From assembly GCF_020745735.1 (NCBI RefSeq), contig NW_026867509.1:1240001-1304000 (forward strand): a stretch of 64,000 bases of DNA. The letters are read 5' to 3'. The notes beneath the pieces were generated by a model. It worked only from the letters and a program-made list of their open reading frames with translations, had not been told where the DNA came from and ran no database searches. Numbering within the stretch: position 1 is the stretch's first letter; each line of letters begins with the position of its first letter. The stretch comes from Hemiscyllium ocellatum. Taxonomy: Eukaryota. This document shows positions 49,626 to 63,127 of this stretch, piece by piece. A program made the position numbers and the translations under genes.

Positions 49626-52600
49626 ACAAACCTTCACAAACTTTGTATGTTCATGTTGTACAAATGCAAGCCTATTTGTCGTTACATGCTTTCAAAAACA
49701 TTCCGCTGGCAACTGGCCGATCTGACACTCGTCAATGGAAACAGTTTTGAATCCACTGTTGCACGAAGCCATCCGCCCCACCGCTCCCAAACCCCTCATT
49801 GCAAACAACTCCAAGAAAACTTTGTTTCACCTTGCTCCAAAGAGAACAATGGTAGCATCGAGGATCTCTGCACAGATCTAAATTTCCTCATCCCAGGACA
49901 CATGCAGGTTTTGAAGGAGCAGAGGCAGTCATAGCACCTTCCCTTTCTGTAAGAGGCTTGGTCATTGACTCTGATGGCTTCAGCGACATGAACTGATCAG
50001 ATACATTAAAATGATCCGCGTTCCTATTCATCAGGATTTCAGATCTTATTTCAGCTTCGGGACAGTGCAAAAACTTGGCTGGAGCCTTGACATTGAAAGG
50101 TTTGAAGAGGAACGGTCCCAATTATTGGAGTGGTGGTTCCCGGTGACGTGAATGCGTCTGCATAGGTGGAATCAATCCATTGTCTCCACAACGAAGGGTC
50201 CATCTTTTATTTTTAAAACAGAAAAACAGACAGAAAACAGTTGCTCTTCCAGGAGGGGCAATCTGAAATTTTAATTCACTGATTGCTTTTGGGTGTCATG
50301 CAATATGTACTCATCTGAAGCACAACCAGATATTGCGATACAAACTGATCAGGTCTGAATGCATCTGCGGTGAGAAAGCAAATTTAACTTTTGAGTCCAA
50401 AGGCTTGTCATTAGCTTTTGAAATATCAGTGTCCGTGGCACATTCAGCCGTCCACTTGAATGTTGGTGTTTTTTGTGCATCGAGGGAACACCTTTCCTCT
50501 GCTTATTTGCATTCAGTTTTGATTGATCATCTCTAAAAGAAATTAAGGGAGTCTTAATTTTGGGATTGACTTTAATTCGGAATTCCCACAATCTGCAGTT
50601 TTCCTGTGGAGCATATTAAATTTGTTTCTGGCACCATCACAGTATCCAGCGTCAGTGTAACATTATTCCTCTGCATGTTATTTCTAACCGATTCGTTGCT
50701 GAAAATCCTTGGAGGTCTTGGACTTTAAATATTGTCATGCTTTATTCGAAGCAAGATCGCTTTAATATCTGCATACATGAATATTTCCTAGATCCTGGGG
50801 GAAACAATGAAAAAGAAAGTAGTTTAAAACACAGAAAAAAAATGAATATCAGAAACGTCGAAATATATCGGTACAACTGCTTCGAGTTGGGGCTTGTAGA
50901 CGTGGTCAAGTGGTTTAAGTAAGGCATAAGATCTCAAATACTGATGTGGGTAGATAGGATTGAACATTCCTCCTTGATGGTCATATGATTAACCAAATTA
51001 TATTACAATATGGTAAGGGTGAGAAGCTTTAGGAGGATTTGAACGGAAAGTATATCTCAGAAGGTGATGTGAATCTTGAACTCACTGTTTTAAATGTGGA
51101 AGATTACAACACCCTCATAATATTTAAGAAGTATTAAGATATAAAATTCTTGGAAGAAAAAAAGTGTCCGCACTCTTGGCAATTGTTGTGTTTGTTTGAT
51201 CATACAATGGGACTTCGAGTCAGTACAACTAGCAAGGTAATTGATTACGCCAAAATTATTGACAGGTTCATCAAAGTAATTAGTTTCGCACGAGCCTAGT
51301 ATTTATTGATACATTGCCATATTTTCCCAAATTAGGCCTGTTTTATCCAAAGCAACTTCCCAATGCTATTGCATTCATAATGACCATGTTTAGTTCAGCA
51401 CAATCCCACATGATGACATTCATGAAATCTGGTACAACGAATATGCACAATGTAATTGAGTCTACATTTGCCCAACATATACAAGATCAATTGCAGCAAG
51501 AGTTCACATTGTCTGCTGCACGGTGACTTCAGCTGGGCCTAAATCCAAAGTGGTCACATCCAAAGTGGTCCATTTTTTTTATGTCGGGCCAAGTGTTGGT
51601 CAAGAACTCCAACCCGTGAGAGAATTAAAATAGATTATCATGCTGATCAGGAATTGATTTAAACCCTTGTTGTAACTAGAAAATCTGAAGATAACATTTG
51701 TAAAGGTCAAAACGAGGATTAACCAATTGAACAATCTTACTCGATCAAAGTTGTGCGTTATTGTCTCAACGTTCTGGACAGCTCACCTCGGCCGATCGCA
51801 CTCAATAGCAGAAGACTGTGCACTTCCCTGTCGTGGATCATCACAAAGACATCATGCTGACTCAGAATTGACTGCAGCATGGCACATCATAATAACAACA
51901 TTCCATTTGACAGCATACCTGACATTGCATACAATTACGGACAGGTGAGAACCATGAGCTGGTTGATAATGTCTATGATGCACCTCACTTATCCTTCCCA
52001 GAAAGACATTTTCAGTCTCTGTACTATTTATCATTTATCCTGGCCCTCCTTCTGCAGCAATCTTCCTGGGAAGCTCCACGAACAGTCTCCGTCGGATTCA
52101 GATATGAGAAAAAAATCTGTCAATATTACTTTACTTGTGATAAGATCCATCCAACACATTGCAGGCCTTGGTCTTTCATGGCTGGAGTCGTCGTTGTGAA
52201 ACGACAATTCCATGGGACACTGAAAGAGAGACATTAACAATGCTGCACATTATTGAGAACTGCCCCGTCGTCAGCTTAACTAGGGGAATAGTTGTTATGT
52301 TCAGAAAACAAGTTCATCGATTTGCTTTTATAATCTTAGCATATAATACGCACATTAACAGAACTGACTGAAAGCTGATGGGCAGATCAGTCAATGGAGC
52401 TCGTAGCTAAGTGTACCCTCCTACATCCCATCTATTAGCTTTTTAAATTGAATGACCTGCAGTAGAACCGATGCTTTACGTTCGTAAAATGAACAATGAG
52501 GCCTCCGTTGCTACTTTGTTAGAAGCTTGGATTTTATTGTCGAGCTTTTTAGCATAATATCTGCATATTTACGAGCACAATTCTTTCGTCTTCGAATGTT

Positions 52601-53183
52601 GCTGGAATGTTGTCAGGATCCAAAATGCTTGTGCAGTTCATTCATACATAACATATGTGATGTGGAGTCGATCATATTGGCTGAAGCTCACTATTTCTGA
52701 TGATCAATTAAACTCTAATAAAGAACAACCATCAGCTGATCTGTACTTGCAGCCATTATCTGGAAGAAAAGCAATGCATTTGAATTGGATACTGATATAA
52801 GTAGATTTTATGACTTGTACGGTTGTGCAATTGTGGGGTTTGCACATATGTCAATTCCACCATTCAATAAGTACACGACTGCTATGGTTGTACATCAAAT
52901 CTGCGTCAAGTAGGATCTGTAAACCCTTTCGTTTGTGTTGCCAGATTACATTGGCAGATATTATGCTGAAACATTCGAGAATGAACTCGAGGTTTACTGC
53001 GAAGGAATAAATGTTTCATGCATAAATAAGGATGAAGTCATTCTGTCATTTTTGACAGAACTGACTTGTATTGTGGACACTGTGGTTTTGTGACGTTGCA
53101 GTAGTATGAGAACCCCATCTAGCGTACACTCCGAGAATTCATAAGCTAATTGTTTGGTCATGATCTTCTCTCTTTTTGCATCA

Positions 53184-53510
53184 GCGTGTGAGCTTCACGG
53201 CACAAACATATATGGCTATTTTTGTTTAAGAGCACGACGATTCTTAAAATAAACATTTTATTCCCAGTGTGAAATTAAAAAGACAATCTGTTTTGTGTTT
53301 CTGGAGGATTATAATTACCTTCCATGTATCTTCAGCAAATATCACAGGATTTCTGGGAGATACTGAATGTACCAAATTTGAGTTCCACTGGCATAGGTTT
53401 TCAAGTAACTGTGACAATAATTCAGGTGAATTGTGTGACACTGAAATATTGCCACTCCTTCCTCTGAGACAAGTGCAAAATGTTGCACTCGTCAGGGAAT
53501 AAAAGCATTC
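53184..53510 (-). pseudogene. Inverted, heavily decayed TCR alpha/delta V pseudogene
   Basis: Minus strand: ..SEEGVAI..NYCHSYLKTYASGTQIWYIQYLPEIL*YLLK, then NRLSF*FHTGNKMFILRIVVLL, a frameshift, and AIYVCAVK. W41 to C104 is ~170 nt; heptamer relic CACACGC. Confidence 0.65.
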
Positions 53511-54256
53511 TCTGAGAAGCACACGCAATTTTAAAAAGAAACAACGAATTCATCTGAAAGCTCACTATCATTGGCGAGGAATATAAAAAAGACATCCGCT
53601 TTATGTTTTGAAAGAAAATACGAAACGTGTTGACACTCTTATTCTGATATGAAAGTGTAACCAGAGTCAGTCTTCGCTTACTAAGGTGCTGAAGGCGTCA
53701 TCTAAATTCAGAACTGAATGTTTTGCCATAATAGATGACAGCTACGTGCGAAGAAGTGACACCACAGACAGTAACTTCTTCTGGTTCTTATCTGAGTTTA
53801 TCAGTGTCTCTTTGTTTCTGTCTTTTTGTATTGATCTCCAGCTCTCCCCGCTGAGATTACCTGTCATTGAAGCAGACATCCTCTCTGCCTAAAAAGCATT
53901 TCAGTGAATACCATCCAAATAATGAAATCATCTAATGTCCTTGAGGGAAGGAAACTAGTGAACTCATATTTGCAGGTCCATACATCACTCCCAACCCACA
54001 ACAATGTGGTTGACTGTTATCTGCGCTCCTGGCCTCAGGGAGAGACAACAAATATTTTCAAAGCCCCTGACGCCCAAATCCTTTAATAAACATACATCAG
54101 TCTTGGGAATGCATGCCGATTTTAATGGAGTGGACAAGTAAATCGCAAATCTGTTTGGCCAGCCGGTGACGTGAAGGCCGTAGGAGAATTTTCACTATGA
54201 CTGGACTGAACAGAGAATCACAAATTTTGTTTCCTTTATTCATATTCAATTAAACT

Positions 54257-54565
54257 GGCTGCACGGTGGCACAGTGGTTAGTACTGCTGCCTCACAGCGC
54301 CTGAGACCCGGGTTCAATTCCCGACTCAAGCGACAGACTGTGTGGAGTTTGCATGTTCTCCCCGTGTCTGTATGGGTTTCCTCCGGGTGCTCCTGTTTCC
54401 TCCCCCAGTCCAAAGATGAGCGGGTCAGATGGATTGGCCATGCTAAATTGCCCTTAGTGTTGGGTAAGGGGTAAATGTATGGGTGGGTTGCGCTTTGGCG
54501 GGTCGGTGTGGACTTGTTGGGCCGAAGGGCCTGTTTCCACACTGTAAGTAATCTAATCTAATCTA
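54257..54565 (+). mobile_element. HE1-type V-SINE, full length
   Basis: Near-identical to 30397-30706; (AATCT)n tail. Confidence 0.95.
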
Positions 54566-54670
54566 AACATTTAGTTGGATTCTGTAAATCTAAATGAGAA
54601 GTTATAGTTCAAAACATGACCAAGATCATGTCTCCATGTAAAAATCAAACCGCTAAAACATAGCGTGCTT

Positions 54671-54808
54671 NNNNNNNNNNNNNNNNNNNNNNNNNNNNNN
54701 NNNNNNNNNNNNNNNNNNNNNNNNNNNNNNNNNNNNNNNNNNNNNNNNNNNNNNNNNNNNNNNNNNNNNNNNNNNNNNNNNNNNNNNNNNNNNNNNNNNN
54801 NNNNNNNN
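54671..54808. other. Assembly gap (138 N)
   Basis: Run of N. Confidence 1.
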
Positions 54809-55066
54809 GGGGTTTGAAAAATCCTGTCGTTGGAGATAACAAATCCCTGTGTGTGATTTCGTGTCATGTCTGGTGTCAACACAGCATAATAATCGGGTTT
54901 GTTGGGAATGTGATCCTTCAGTCTCACTGAACTTAAACCTCTCCCCATTGCCATCACTGAGGTTTTTTTTTGTTGTTGACAGGATGTGCTCTCCTGAAAA
55001 GCTGAGCCTGATTGATACACCATTGTCAATCTTCATCGTCATGAGCAGGAAGACTTGCAATGCCCT

Positions 55067-55530
55067 ATGAACACTTCTTTTTCATTTGGAGTTTTGATGT
55101 TCTTGACACTGTGCAAGTTTATTTTACTAATAAGACACCTTGTTTTGCCCATCCCCCCATACCACGTAATGTTTGAGATGTGTTTCTTTTGTTACAGCGG
55201 GTCACTGTGAGGTGCAGAGCTCAAAGGCTAAACAGCTGCAATCTGTGGAAGGGGAACCGGTTATATTGGAATGTTGACTCGGCTTTGGTGCTGGTATAAA
55301 AAGGAGTCTGGTATCGGGAAACACTGATGGGCCTCCGACATTTACAGGCTACATACACCAGTCGAACATGATTTCTGGACACTGCCTAATCTCATTTGAG
55401 ACGGGAAAGAAGTCCAAAACATTTTCAATACACGGCAACGTGGTTGAGGAACACCATCGTATTGTACGATACAGGAACGATGAAACAAGCAGTGGATCTG
55501 GCCATATACTATCTTGTATTGTGATGTCTC
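55067..55530 (+). pseudogene. Leader + V pseudogene (antigen-receptor type)
   Basis: Leader MNTSFSFGVLMFLTL+T (55067-55112), GCAAGT donor, 85-nt intron, TTACAG acceptor. V reads GHCEVQSSKAKQLQSVEGEPVILEC*..VWYRET/DGPPTF..DLAIYY, with a stop, frameshifts and no RSS. Confidence 0.75.
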
Positions 55531-58500
55531 CCTGGCTCCCATTAAACTATCGCCAAAAGAAGAATGTTATAAATGCCAGTGTTTTCAGCAATCTTACTTT
55601 CCAAAACTTATACTTCCAGATGGATACATTTCTAAATTCGGATGACCATAATCAATTGTAGAGAATCACATTAAGTCAGTCTCTCTGCCTGTTCCACAGT
55701 AAAGTACATAATGAACAAAAGCGACATCTACTTTATAATGGAAAGATGATCGATAGATAGGAAAGTAGATAGATAGATAGACCTACTGAGCTTTTCTAGA
55801 AAAGTTTGTTTTCCTGAAATGCTTGTGAAATGCTCTCCAAACATGGAAGATATTACTTGCAAAAATTTGAAACTCTACAACTTTAGCAATAGCTCCAGAA
55901 TTGTTCAATCTTACCCAGCTCGAAGTTTAAGCAGGGAAAATAGCATTTCTGAATATCAGTTCAATTTCTACTGAACAGGTTTGAACAATGTTTCACGGTG
56001 CATCCAAGTCGGAGCAGCAAGTAGTATAATATTCAATGGAACTGCTGATGCACAGACAGACAACATCACTATTTACAATTTAGACTGCAATCGTAGATGG
56101 CGGTGTAATGGTAATAATGCTTCACTACCAATTCAGAATCACAGAAGAACTTTCTGTGGACAGATCGCCTGGTTGAACTTAAATTCATTTAATAATTTTG
56201 CTCGGCAGACAGTTCAAGGATTATTATGACAGAGCAAGAACGTGTTTTGCACAGCAAAACTCATCTCTCATGAAGCAATAGAATTTTAAAAACCGTCACA
56301 TAATGAAGTAATACATATTCTTATGACGATCAGCAATCAAGTAAACATTTCGAAATAAATCAACTGCAACTATTAATGGAACTGTGCCCACACAGCTCTA
56401 TATGACAAATTTCGAAAGTCTGGCAGATCTCTGAGAAAAGAAATTCTCAATCATCTCTCTGTTAAATTGGCAACCCTTTATTCTGCGGCTATTCACTCTT
56501 GTCCGAGAGTCTCCCATGTATGGACACTTTCTGTCAGCATTTACCCTTAAGACCTGTATATGTTTTAATAAGATCACTCTTATTCTTCTGAACTCCAGTG
56601 CTTAGAGTCTAAACCTCTTTAACCTTTTGGCCATGTTTATTAACAGCATAATTTATCCATTTTGGCAGCAACATTCGCTCAGAAGCAGCTGCACTTATTG
56701 CTTTCTTTCAATGAATTTATTTTATATAAAAGATCAAACATCGAATTATTTTATTCTGGAAGACGTACTAGCATGTATGAACGTGATCATTTTGCAGTGA
56801 GCATCAGGAGCTTCTGGATATAAATACATGAAATATAAAGGGTCTGATTTTTGCCATTTACTATCTGAACCTTGCAGCAATCAGCGTGTCCGGTGAGTAT
56901 AGAAGTTTAGGAGCAGCTGCATGGCTCATACGTCAACTGCATCAAATCTCCATTGTGTTGGTAACACATCTCCATGATATCAAACCTTGCTCCCTTTTAT
57001 CTACTGCGAATTGCACGTCACCAGTATACATTTTCCCCTTATCTGATAAAACTGAGAATTTTTTCAACACAGTCGTTCTTCTACTTTCGTCTTTTTATCT
57101 CCCCAGTTATCTCATTAACTGAAATTAGTTTTTTCGTTGGATCTTCAACCCCTCTCACTAAATGTGTCAATACAACAGTTTATCTGTTTAGTTTCTTCAA
57201 ACAACATCCCTGGTCTTCCACTTTAATGCTTGCATGTCTCAGTGTGGCCGGTGCAATTTCAACATTTTCAATAGCACTTTTCTCCGCTTAACACTAACAT
57301 CCTAAGATACAAATATGGATGTACGGATCCTTTTGCAGTCTTTGTCGGCGGTTTATGATTCTATTATTTGAATTGAATGTTTTGATATTGTACTTTTCAA
57401 AGCTTTCTAGGGCCAATTTCTTCTAAATTACAATGGTGGAAACTAAACTGTTCTTTGGCACTGCCACGTTTACTGTGGGTAAATGACTCGAATGTTATCA
57501 AAGTGATGATTTAGAGTGTTAGACTGGGTATACTATGTTAAAAATCGCACAACACCAGTTTTGATTGTAATCTGGTGTTGTATAATTTGTAACACTATCA
57601 AAGTGTAAATGGACCCGCAATGTCTTAATGGCATGCAACCGATGGTAAAATATAACTAGTTATATTGAGACCTTGCAATTAATGTTCAAATGGAGACCTG
57701 TTGTTTCAATTATGTTACAACACTAACAGAGTAATTTTCAAAATGCTTCATTGATTGAGAGAGGGAGCCTTTTAAATCATGCATACATAGAATGAGGATG
57801 GCGTTGGCTGGGCCAATATTTATTATTCTTTTCTATTTGCTCCTACGATCGCAGTGCTGAGCTGAATTCTTGAACTGCTGCTCTCATTTGTACTAAATTG
57901 ACACGCAATGTCATTAGTACGTGTTCCAGGATGGTTGTACTCTCATTTAAGTCATTGTTGGAGAACCTAAATGAAATGGCATCTTTGGATGAAAAAGGCA
58001 CATCACTGATCTCTGAAGAACACTTTGGTTTTTATAGTGACGAGAAATTGTTCCAACCAATGAACCACTCTTACCCTTTGTACAATTATAACTGGTATGT
58101 GTGTCAATCGCCGTTTTGTTACCATTTTGTGAATCAAACACTGACGAACTAAATCTCAGAAGTTGGGAAAATTGACCCAGTGACTGAGTTTAAAAGAAAG
58201 GACATTACTATTCAGCGACCTGTTTACAAATACAAATGTAATATATTGTTTCCCCGAATGCTGTTTCTCTGTCGGTTGTTTATTGTTGGTTCCTGTCTCA
58301 CAGCAGGCTTTCTGTTTCCAGCATTTTTTTTGAGAACAGGTCTGCCCTTACACATTCAAAGTTATTAAGTTATGTACAGTGACGTAGAATTATATCTCAC
58401 TCCAAAAAGCTTTCTTTATTTTGCATTCTTCCCATCTTCACCAATGTCTACACATTGCCTCAAAACTGATGGCATTTTTTGCGGAGACTCGCAAAATCAA

Positions 58501-58899
58501 ACAAGCATAAAGAAATTTGTGAACGGGTTCAGAGAATGTTTCCAGGATAGTGTCTGGACTGAATTATGAAGCTACATCTCGGTTGGATAAATTGCTAACT
58601 CCATAATCGAGGTGTCATAGAAATTATAATGTGATTGTGTTTGACCTTCAGTTTGTTTGCTCAAAGGAAAACAACACACTAAATCAGGCTTTTCATCCCA
58701 GGCAAATTCCTGGTGAATCTCCTTTATATCGTTTCCAATGTGTTTTGAGTCGTTGCCATAGTGTGGCAAACAGAACGACAATATTACTACATCTGTGGGC
58801 TAAGCATTCTTGTATAAAATTCTGAGAAGACTTCCTGGCTGTTGTTTCTACACGCTCAGTGAAATAAAACTTGCATATTGTTTTCTTTCTTCACTATGC

Positions 58900-60850
58900 T
58901 GCCTCCCCGTGTTGAATTCTTCAGTAATCTATGGACTTGTGGACCAACGTCTCTTTGTTCCTAAATACTCCCTCTGAACCTATCATCCATTGTGTCGATC
59001 CTTCCCTTATTCGACCTTCCGAAACCAATCATCTCGAACTTACCATGATTAAATTTGATATAGCGTTGTTCTGCCCAATTTATCAGTGTATCAATATCAA
59101 ACTGTAATTTAAGAGTACGATATCAATGAAAAAACTATCAATAGTATCACCAATTTTCGTTTCATCGGCTAATCCACTTATTATGCCTTCTACATTCAAA
59201 TACAGGTCGTTAATGTACAAACAAAGAGGAATGGTACCAGCACCGATCCCCGTGGTACGCCCTTGGTCACAAGCTTTCAGTCATAAAACAATGATTCACC
59301 TTTACCTTTAAACTTATTTTGCAACTCAATGGTAGATCTACTTTGACACCTCGCCTTGCATATCATGGATTCTTGTCTTTTATACGAACGTTTCGTGTGA
59401 GTATCTTGTCAATTGCCTTACTGAAGTCCATGGAAACCACATCGACTGCAGTAGCTTCCTCAATACATTTCGACAGCTTTTCAAAAAACAAATCTCAACT
59501 AAATTGATCGGACATAGTCTCTGCTAACAAATCAGTACAAATTACCCTGATCAAATCCTGCATTTCCAAATGGGATTAATATTCACCCTCAGAGGTTATT
59601 CAATATCTTTTCACCACTGTCGTCGGACGAACTGGCCTGTAATTTTCTGCTTAACTACGCCTCCTTTTATTTATCAAAGGAACCACATTATCTAGTATTC
59701 AATTTTCTGTTACTTCACCTGTGGCCAGGGAAATATTCAGTCCATCCGCCAGACTCCCCAGCAAACTCTTTCCTTGAGTCACGTGGCAGCCTGAGGTGAA
59801 AATGGTCAGGCCCTGGGAACCTGTGCACCTTTATGGTCGCTTATAAATTCGTACCCTTCTTATTCATAAACCACAACGTTTACTAGAAAGTCAGCATCAC
59901 TTCTGAAATTCCCAGCAACAATGTCTTCCTTCCCGTCAAGAGGGTTGAGAAGTAGTCGTTTAAGTCCTAACCCCGTCCACTGGTTCCACGGAGAGATTGT
60001 CCCATTATTTGTAGTAGGCACCGCTCATTCATTGGAATTCCTTTTACTCTTAATGGATGTGCAAAATGCCTTGGGATCTTCCATGATCTGAATTACGAAA
60101 GATATTTTGTCGACCCTGTTTGTCCTCGCAACTTCTTTTTTTTAGCAAGATACCTGTGACCAGACATGCACACAAATATGTATCTGAAGGGATTTTCATC
60201 AGTGTTTTTTTAAATGAAAATGAACTGATGTATACTTCCTTTTTCTGCTGTACAAGCAATTATATCTCTTGCAGCGTCAAGAGTTGGAGGAAGTCAATGC
60301 TTCGGGTATAACTTTTCTTCAGAATTCAACCCCGCTCCGAGTTCTAAAGAAGGGTTATACCCAGAAAGGTTTTCTTCTCCTCCTCTTGTCTTGCTGTGTT
60401 TTCCAGCCTCCTGCTTTTCTACTTTTGGATTACAGCACCTGCATGGTTTTTTTTTGTCTCTAGTGATTTCCCTTAGCATCCAGGGGTCCCTGAACATGTT
60501 ACCCTTACCCTCCACTCTTAGAGGAGCACAGTGTGCCAAAATTCTCATCAAACTACTTTTGAAAGATCTCCAAAATTTCAAATTCAGCCCTACCAGCAAG
60601 TGGTTGCTCCCAGTCTTGTTTGCCATTTCCAGTCTCATGATGTTGAGCTTAGCTCTCCTCCAGTTTCGATCTGCAACATCTGCACCATTCTTATCCTTTT
60701 CCATGACGACTATAAACTTTGCAACGTTGTGGGCACAATTCCCAAAACTATCACAAACCGACAGTTCAATCACTTGACTGAAATCATTCCCGCAAATCAG
60801 TCCAGCATTGTTGCTCAGATGAGCGTGAAGGACAGGTTTTCAACTTTCAG
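58900..60850 (-). mobile_element. Decayed CR1/L2 LINE
   Basis: Minus-strand RT and APE remnants (e.g. GTTGSVLVP-like stretch ~59230, DFSKA-like stretch ~59420). Confidence 0.75.
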
Positions 60851-62285
60851 ACGGATTACAAAACTAAGTGGGTAGAATAAATGGAAGTGGTTTAGACTTG
60901 CATTACCTCTCACTTTCTATGTGCACCACAGTCAGTACAGAAAGTCGCTTCAGAAAACATTTCCCAGGATACATGTCGTTTTTGCAAGTGATATTCATGT
61001 CCCATCTTCGACTATTTCCATTGGCTTTTTCACTACAAATTTTATTATGAGAAGCTAATTTTTCAAAGTGTGGATGGCTTTATGTAATAATGCTTCAATT
61101 CGAAAGATATAGTTCATTCATAACGGTTACAAAAATGTGATATAACTCACTTAATTTTGCAAAACATTGAAGGTGCAATAAAATGCAAGCTAGCTCCTCA
61201 AAAATGATCCATCTTATTCTCATTTATAAGATCACAGTAATCTAAAATTATTTGTCTGTGTTTGATTATGACCACATATCTAGCCCAGACCATTGTTGAT
61301 GGAATGTAAAGTGACACATGCTCTATTACAACAATTTCTGTGGCAGAAACAACTGCAATCAGAACAGCAGTTTGTGTTATGGAAAGAGAAATGATATTAC
61401 CATAGCGATTTAAATCGAGCCTATTGTAATATTAGGTCAAACATAATCAAATGCAATATTTGGCAACTAGTTTAATACAAACATGGACAAAGCATAATGC
61501 AGTGCCCATGTGACAAGGCCCAATGTTGTAATGTAACGAGCGGTATTGTCATGTAAAGTAATAATTTCTCAAAAGATGCCAACGTCTGCTTTAATGGAGG
61601 GAGAACAAAAGTTTGATTTAGGGTTCAATACTATAAAGCTGAGGCAAAGCTTAGTCCAACAAAGATAATGTAAAACAGCTACCCAAAATATTCGTGTCCT
61701 TCCAGTTTCCACTTTATGTTCTGTCACCGCAGCTGAAAAGTGCGTACGATGAGGAGGTCGAAATCAGTCAATACTCAGTGGAAACTGCGTGCCAAATGCC
61801 ATCTACATTAGAGAAGGATACAGGATAGGCTAACACGAAATGCACACACATTTTCTATGCATTTTGTCTCCATTTGCCAGTAGATTGACCAATCACAGAG
61901 CTGATGGGTCGACTTTCGGATCACACCCCACCCAATAACCGGATCAGAATTGTTCTCTGGCCTCGATCGTGTATTGGAAATTAAGGTGGCTGCATTCACC
62001 CATTCAGCAAGCCCCTCCCCAGTGCCTAACTTGGGAGAGATATTTTTAACGGTTTCACAGAATGCTGCATAATCCCTTTATAAACCTTTCAGTATTTACA
62101 CAATACATCATTTGACACTGATAACCACGCACCTCATCAATAATTTCACCAAAGGTTCCTGTGGAGAGCTATTCGAATCTTCTGTGCGTTTCAGCCCAAA
62201 TCCGAGATTTAGTCTCCCTGTATGGTTCTGGGCTGCAGAGTTCACCGACCCGTCATACAAACCAGCAGCTCGAGGCGGGTGAAAC

Positions 62286-62762
62286 ATGGAAATCTTTATT
62301 ATTTTCATCCTCTATATCTGGCTACCCTGTGAGTACTGATGAAATTAACTGACATTACTTTCAATCAATTAAATGTGGCCCATGACCATGCCTTTTGCTG
62401 ACATAGACGTAGGTTAAAAACGTTTGTTGCTTTTCTTTGTCGAATTATTTTCTAAGTTCCCCTTGATTAATTTCCAGGTGCTTTCAGTCCGTCCGTGACA
62501 CAAACCCCGCCAGTGGTGACCAGGAAGGAATGTCAGTCTCTCAGCATCACCTGTGTTTATTACGGTCACAACTGGGGTCATTATTTCCAAGATGGATATT
62601 TCCTCAAGCAAACCCATGGCAGATCAGAGCGGAGGCGGATATATAACGGAGGGAAATTTGTTGTACGGATGGTTAAAGAAGAAAATACTTTTTCACTGGA
62701 GATTCAGGACGTAAGAATTGAAGACGCTGGCACATATTACTGTAAAGCACATTACGAGAAAA
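62286..62762 (+). CDS. NAR-TCR variable segment, intact (leader 62286-62328; V exon 62478-62762)
   Basis: MEIFIIFILYIWLP+T|GTGAGT..TTCCAG|GT splices to CAFS-PSVTQTPPVVTRKECQSLSITCVYYGHNWGHYFQDGYFLKQTHGRSERRRIYNGGKFVVRMVKEENTFSLEIQDVRIEDAGTYYCKAHYEK. The C-strand F to the second Cys is 47 codons, the short CDR2-less VNAR spacing. Confidence 0.9.
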
Positions 62763-62801
62763 CACAGAGTGACGGCCGAATAAAAGTGCAATGCAAAAAC
62801 T
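62763..62801 (+). other. V 23-RSS
   Basis: CACAGAG + 23 nt + GCAAAAACT. Confidence 0.92.
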
Positions 62802-63127
62802 ACCCACAGAGATTTTCACAAAAACAGATGAAAAAGTACAGTTGTTCTGTTGATAACAAAACACTTTCTTCTACCCTGCACCATCTGCCCCATGTTCTAA
62901 TTTCTAATTCTACTGTTTTATTGCTAATAACGTCTGCAATTTGGAACAGCTGAGTTTTCACAGATGTTAATTTGTTTTATTGTGATTGGACTCAATGTGT
63001 GAATGTTGGGAAAGATGAACACAGTTTGGAGTCCAAAGCACAAATTAGGATTGAATGCTACGAACTGCAAAATTGAAAATCAGTCTCCACTTTTTAATTA
63101 TTTTCTCCATAAATCGAAAGTACCTGA

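Noticed and set aside
51850-52225. Minus-strand V-like relic (acceptor-SHGIVVSQ..WSFPGR..CAM)
   Set aside because: Cys-to-Trp spacing (~28 codons) is too long and there is no RSS; cannot be supported by eye.
53640-53790. ESVT/QSQSSLTKV..C..FFW V-like start
   Set aside because: No acceptor, wrong C-W spacing and no second half.
54571-55060. ORFs containing poly-X
   Set aside because: Artefacts of reading through the N gap.
55960-56260. Minus-strand TAIYDC / CACCGTG V-end-like motifs
   Set aside because: Poor nonamer and no coherent frame; probably chance.
58545-58860. V-like C..HPRQIPGESP stretch
   Set aside because: Lacks WY, YYC and an RSS; FR1 length inconsistent. Could be an ancient relic but is unsupported.
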